Positions 31,998 through 36,322 of a stretch of DNA of 36,322 nucleotides are shown one piece after another; within the stretch, counting starts at the first letter, position 1; each line of letters opens with the position of its first letter. Both the position numbers and the translations under genes were made by a program. The notes beneath the pieces were generated by a model. That model searched no databases. It had not been told where the DNA came from and saw only the letters and a list, made by a program, of their open reading frames with translations. Origin of the DNA: Nemertoderma westbladi (lineage: Eukaryota; Animalia; Xenacoelomorpha); NCBI GenBank assembly GCA_032718475.1, contig JAUCBJ010006064.1, forward strand, positions 1 to 36,322, written 5' to 3'.

Positions 31998-32900
31998 GTT
32001 GATTACACGACTCTGGTTAACTGGCACTACGTCATCGACCATCTGTTCACTCACGACAAAACCTCGTTGAAGGAGTTGACCAGACAGGTGGCCGCGGCCC
32101 AGTCAGGGGTCAGTATATTCACCAACAAAGACCAGGAGATGGACCAACGGGGACAGCTGATGAAACGATTCGCGTTCACGGTGTTCTCATCGGAACCCGA
32201 CCAATACATCCGTAGTCTACCGGAGATACTCGAGAGAATCACCGAGTGTCTCAAGACGAGTAACTCCCCTGTCGTACACAGAGAAGTCTTCCTCTTCTTC
32301 CGAGTTCTCTTACTCCGGATAACCTCCAACCAACTCGACTCCCTCTGGCCGGTAATGACTACCGAATTGCTTCAGGTTTTTCTTCGGATGGAACGCGATT
32401 TATCCAATCCGTCGTCCGTCTCTAAATGGCCGATCAGCGCCATAGACGAGCAGCAGATGTCGCTGTATTTATCTGCTTGTAAACTCCTCGATCTTCTCGT
32501 CTGTCTGAATTCGGTGCCGCAGTTCCATCTCTATAAATGGGCCTTTATCGGCGAGGATATTAAACTCAAGTCATTGAGGAACCAATTCGTTCCGTTTGTC
32601 GTCCGTGTCGGTAAACTCTTGATCAGTCGAGGCGTCAAGGTCTCCAGACTGGGGCGTCGACCCGGCTACCCTCTCCTACTCAACTACAGCGTTTCCTCCG
32701 CGGCCCAATTGTTGCCTCTATTCGTTACTCTCTGTCCGTCGCTCGTCGACTCTCCGACACAGGTTTGTCCGACTTTGTGTCCGCTGGAAGTCCGGAGGAG
32801 TCTTTGTCCGAATTTAGACGTTTCTTTCGATAATTTGGAGGCTTCCGCCTACATCGAACGATCGGTTTATTGTGATTTTTTGGAGCCAATTTCTCATTAA
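31998..32900 (+). CDS. DOP1: DOP1 last exon
   Basis: KRFAFTVFSSEPDQY..LPEILERITECLK, VFLFFRVLLLR..LWPVMTTEL, LYLSACKLLD and PQFHLYKWAF; stop TAA 32900. Confidence 0.93.
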   Translation, partial: VDYTTLVNWHYVIDHLFTHDKTSLKELTRQVAAAQSGVSIFTNKDQEMDQRGQLMKRFAFTVFSSEPDQYIRSLPEILERITECLKTSNSPVVHREVFLFFRVLLLRITSNQLDSLWPVMTTELLQVFLRMERDLSNPSSVSKWPISAIDEQQMSLYLSACKLLDLLVCLNSVPQFHLYKWAFIGEDIKLKSLRNQFVPFVVRVGKLLISRGVKVSRLGRRPGYPLLLNYSVSSAAQLLPLFVTLCPSLVDSPTQVCPTLCPLEVRRSLCPNLDVSFDNLEASAYIERSVYCDFLEPISH

Positions 32901-33323
32901 TTTTCTGATTTATTATTAACACGGAGGTTTATTATTCTACTAATATTTATTTCGCGGCCATTAAAATATAATAATTTTATATTTCTTAATAAATATTAAT
33001 TATTCTTTTAAATATTATAAGACAGAATCTTACCATTCCGATTCCATCTAATATAATTATTCGGTTAAAACGCAAGAAGGAATTCGCTTTGCGAATTGAA
33101 TTAGTTTTAGTAACTTATTTGGTTAGAGTCGGACTGTAACTTTGGGAACCTCATTGGTAGTTTTCAGTTTCCCTATAAGTTTCTGTAAAATTATCGGATT
33201 ATATTTTAATAATTATAATGTTGTGCTATAATATATTGTAGGGCAGAGTGCGGAAATGTCGTCGGGCTTTTTAGGACATGTTACACCCTTTCGGTATTTT
33301 CCATTCGTCACGAAGTACGGGTA

Positions 33324-33680
33324 GGGTACCCCGCTCCCAGATGGACACATTTATCGACTTGATGCCCCTTTAGGGTGGGTACCCCGCTCCCAGATGGACA
33401 CATTTATCGACTTTATGTCCCTTTAGGGTGGGTACCCCGCTCCCAGATGGACACATTTATCGACTTGATGCCCCTTTAGGGTGGGTACCCCGCTCCCAGA
33501 TGGACACATTTATCGACTTTATGCCCCTTTAGGGTGGGTACCCCGCTCCCAGATGGACACATTTATCGACTTGATGCCCCTTTAGGGTGGGTACCCCGCT
33601 CCCAGATGGACACATTTATCGACTTTATGTCCCTTTAGGGTGGGGGGGGGGGGGGGTACCCCGCTCCCAGATGGACACAT
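33324..33680 (+). repeat. 53-bp minisatellite, ~6.5 copies
   Basis: GGGTACCCCGCTCCCAGATGGACACATTTATCGACTTGATGCCCCTTTAGGGT at 33324, 33377, 33430, 33483, 33536 and 33589. Confidence 0.97.
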
Positions 33681-34094
33681 AGCCCATTTAGTTATTTTTT
33701 TGTCCATATTTTGGTGCTGGAATTATTTAATATTAATATTAATTTATTTTTAATAATGAATGTAAACCTATAACCAGATACACACAATGTAATTACTATT
33801 ATTTACAAACTTGTCTTTAAAGTAGCTCTTTCCGAGTGGTTAGTTACACTAACGAACGCAGCGAGTAATGGAAAATAAAGATACGAGGATCAGAAGACTG
33901 TTTAAGTACATTGCAACAAGTTTAATTCTGTATAGTTGTTTTCCAAAATTTTAAAGCAATTAAATTATTGCTACGGAAAACTCCATGTTAAACTTTTTAC
34001 TGTTAAAAAATGTAGTTTACCAATAACAATAATATAAAAAGTATTTTTACCGGCGTTTCTAAAAATGCTAGCTGCCCAATTAAACATCAAAATA

Positions 34095-34778
34095 CCGTAT
34101 TTACTCGAATAAGAGCCTGGGCGTTTAAGTTTATAAATTGCCAATTGGGGGGCGTTTATTCGGGGGGGCGTTTATTCGGGGAGGCGTTTAGTTCGGGGCT
34201 AGGGGGGCGTTTATTCGGGGAGGCGTTTAAGTTCCAAATTGTGTGGTTCGAGTGGGGGCTGTTTATGTTCTAGATTTTCAGCATTTTGAATCTAAATACC
34301 CTAATAAAGAATGTTGTTAAATTCAAGAAAACAAGTTAAACAAATGAAATAATTCAAATAAAACCAGGATTATCTTTATTACAATGCAGCCTATTACAGC
34401 GGTACAACACCCTACTACATTTACCTTCAGTCTTAACAATCAGTTAACTCTCAACAATGTTAACGCCCCACATTGTAATATTATTAAACGCCGGGGCGTT
34501 TATTCGGGGAAGGCGTTTAAGTTGCTAATTTGATGGTAAGGGGGGCGTTAATTCGAGGGGCGTTTATTCGAAGGGGGGCTCTTATTCGAGGGGGCGTTTA
34601 TTCGAAGGGGGCGTTTATTCGAGGGGCGTTTATTCGAGGGGCGTTTATTCGAGGGGGGCGTTAATTCGAGGGGGCGTTTATTCGAAGGGGGCGTTTTATT
34701 CGAGGGGCGTTTATTCGAGGGGCGTTTATTCGAAGGGGGCGTTTATTCGAGGGCGGGCTCTTATTCGAGTAAATACGG
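34095..34778. mobile_element. Tc1/mariner-pogo-type MITE (684 bp), 23-bp perfect TIR, TA TSD
   Basis: TA|CCGTATTTACTCGAATAAGAGCC ... GGCTCTTATTCGAGTAAATACGG|TA; many internal GGGGCGTTTATTCG repeats. Confidence 0.92.
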
Positions 34779-35226
34779 TAACATTCTTTAACGAACTAAT
34801 CAACGAACTAAAAATCGAACACGTGCCCTTAATGAACCAAGGAGCGGTATTCGTGAAATATTTATTGCTCAAGGTTAATATCGTGATAATATTTCATGAA
34901 ATTTAATAATATTATATAAAATGTATATAAAAAAAGTATAAGTTATATATTAGGCATAAAAAAAACAGTGTTGATATTTATAAAATAATTCAGATCAAAC
35001 TGTATTTTTCAGTTATTGCTAAATTACTATTTATTGACTGGAAAGTATAAGTTTATCTTTGAATATAATTTATTTTAATGAGCTCACTATTTATTTATTT
35101 ACGTCTAGTTGTATTGTGTACACTTCGTTTAATTTAAATGATAATCAATAATAATATTAAATGCAATGCAATAAATATATTATTTACATTATAACCCCAA
35201 TAAGTTACCTACATTGGGTGTTGAAA

Positions 35227-36073
35227 CAGTGTTAGGATAGTATCCCCCGGATAGTAGCGCCCCCCCCCCCCCGGATAGTAGCGCCCCCCCCCCCCCCCCG
35301 GACAGTAACCCCCCAGGACAGTAGCCCTCCGGACATATCCCCTCCGGACAGTAGCCCCCCGGACAGTAGCCCTCCGGATAGTAGTCCCCCGGACAGTAGC
35401 CCCCCGGACAGTAGACCCCGGACAGTATCCCCCGGATATTAGCCCCCGGATAGTAGGCCCTCCGGATAGTAGCCCCCCGGACAGTAGCCCCCCGGACAGT
35501 ATACCCCGGACAGTAGACCCCGGACAACAGTATACCCCCGGACAATAGCCCCCAGCTCCAATGGATGATTAGTATTAAGAAAATAACGTCTACATTTTCA
35601 TTTATTCATTTTTTCTTATGACTGAAATTCCAAAATATAATATTTTTTAATGTTTTTTTGGTATTAGTGTAATGCTCTAGAAAAAAGGTAGATATGTTTT
35701 TTTATGATAGCTACTAGTGTTTTTTTGCTAGCTATTATTATTTGAAATTATAAAAAAATGGCTAAATCATGGCTATGTCAGGTTTAAAACTTGGTTTAAA
35801 CTGTTGCAGAATATTAATGACCAAAATAATTTTCGAAAAATACTAGCTTAGCTACCATAAAAAATTATACTAAGATTCTAGAACATTCACCAATTTCAAA
35901 AAACACGTATAAACTCAAAAAAATAAAGGTTAACAATTTATCCAGGGAGCTTCGCTGTCAAGGGAGATACTGCCCTGGTGAGCTAATGCACGGGGGCTAC
36001 TGTCCGGGTGGCTACGGTCCGGGGGGCTACTGTCCGGGTGGCTACTGTCCGGGTGGCCAATGTCCTAGAACCG
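35227..36073. mobile_element. Non-autonomous TIR element with inverted 15-bp subterminal arrays
   Basis: Left array (CCCCGGACAGTAGC)n ~35235-35553; right inverted array (GCTACTGTCCGGGTG)n ~35991-36060; imperfect ends CAGTGTTAGGA / TCCTAGAACCG; TSD unclear. Confidence 0.7.
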
Positions 36074-36114
36074 TTCAAATAGTGGGGAATAATTATCGGA
36101 TATGATGGGGGACC

Positions 36115-36250
36115 TCTCCATGCAAAATCAACGCAAATAACAGCCGATTACTCTCAGAAATTAAACTGGAACCTGTTCTATTGTGCTTAGTTTATTGTTT
36201 TGGTTAAATTAACGTGTATTTGTATAACCTGCTCCTTTCCCTTAATTTAT
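36115..36250 (-). repeat. Interspersed repeat family A, copy 4 (reverse orientation)
   Basis: GTTTTATTGTTTTGGTTAA...TAACCTGCTCCTTTCCCT is the reverse complement of the family core. Confidence 0.85.
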
Positions 36251-36322
36251 AAATTAGCCTGAGTACAGGAATGGACTCTTAACATAGAGGTTGTTTACTT
36301 AGTTTGGAGGTGTGAATTAATT

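Noticed and set aside
25470-32922. Short antisense and alternate-frame ORFs overlapping DOP1 (likewise those over the Polinton genes)
   Set aside because: Shadow ORFs with no recognisable motifs.
35189-35545. Gly/Pro/Cys-rich 118-aa ORF
   Set aside because: Translation of the 15-bp array.

Overview
AT-rich, repeat-dense eukaryotic (invertebrate-like) genomic DNA; the organism cannot be determined from this window. (1) About 3.0-8.96 kb is the right-hand part of an integrated Polinton/Maverick (adintovirus-like) element. It carries a tightly packed minus-strand block: acidic orphan, RING-finger protein, A32/FtsK-like packaging ATPase, basic core protein with a GG cleavage site, frameshifted major capsid protein, adenain-like protease and a decayed exonuclease-like gene. 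It ends in a repeat-rich terminal region with the typical ...ACTACT terminus at 8957. No pPolB or integrase is visible. (2) A four-exon minus-strand host gene (18693-12800) is predicted to encode a secreted signal-PAN-PAN-EGF-LamG protein. (3) An almost intronless DOP1/Dopey gene (25435-32900) has one GT-AG intron and one unexplained frameshift near 29270. (4) Many non-autonomous elements and tandem arrays: a 56-bp perfect palindrome with 9-bp TSD, a nested satellite/insertion/Mutator-like MITE stack just upstream of DOP1, a Tc1/mariner-type MITE, a piggyBac-like end and 36-, 53- and ~143-bp minisatellites. There is also a marked excess of TACAGTA/TACTGTA and TAGGCCTA words that look like transposon excision footprints. 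All calls are by eye from motifs; no database searches were run.
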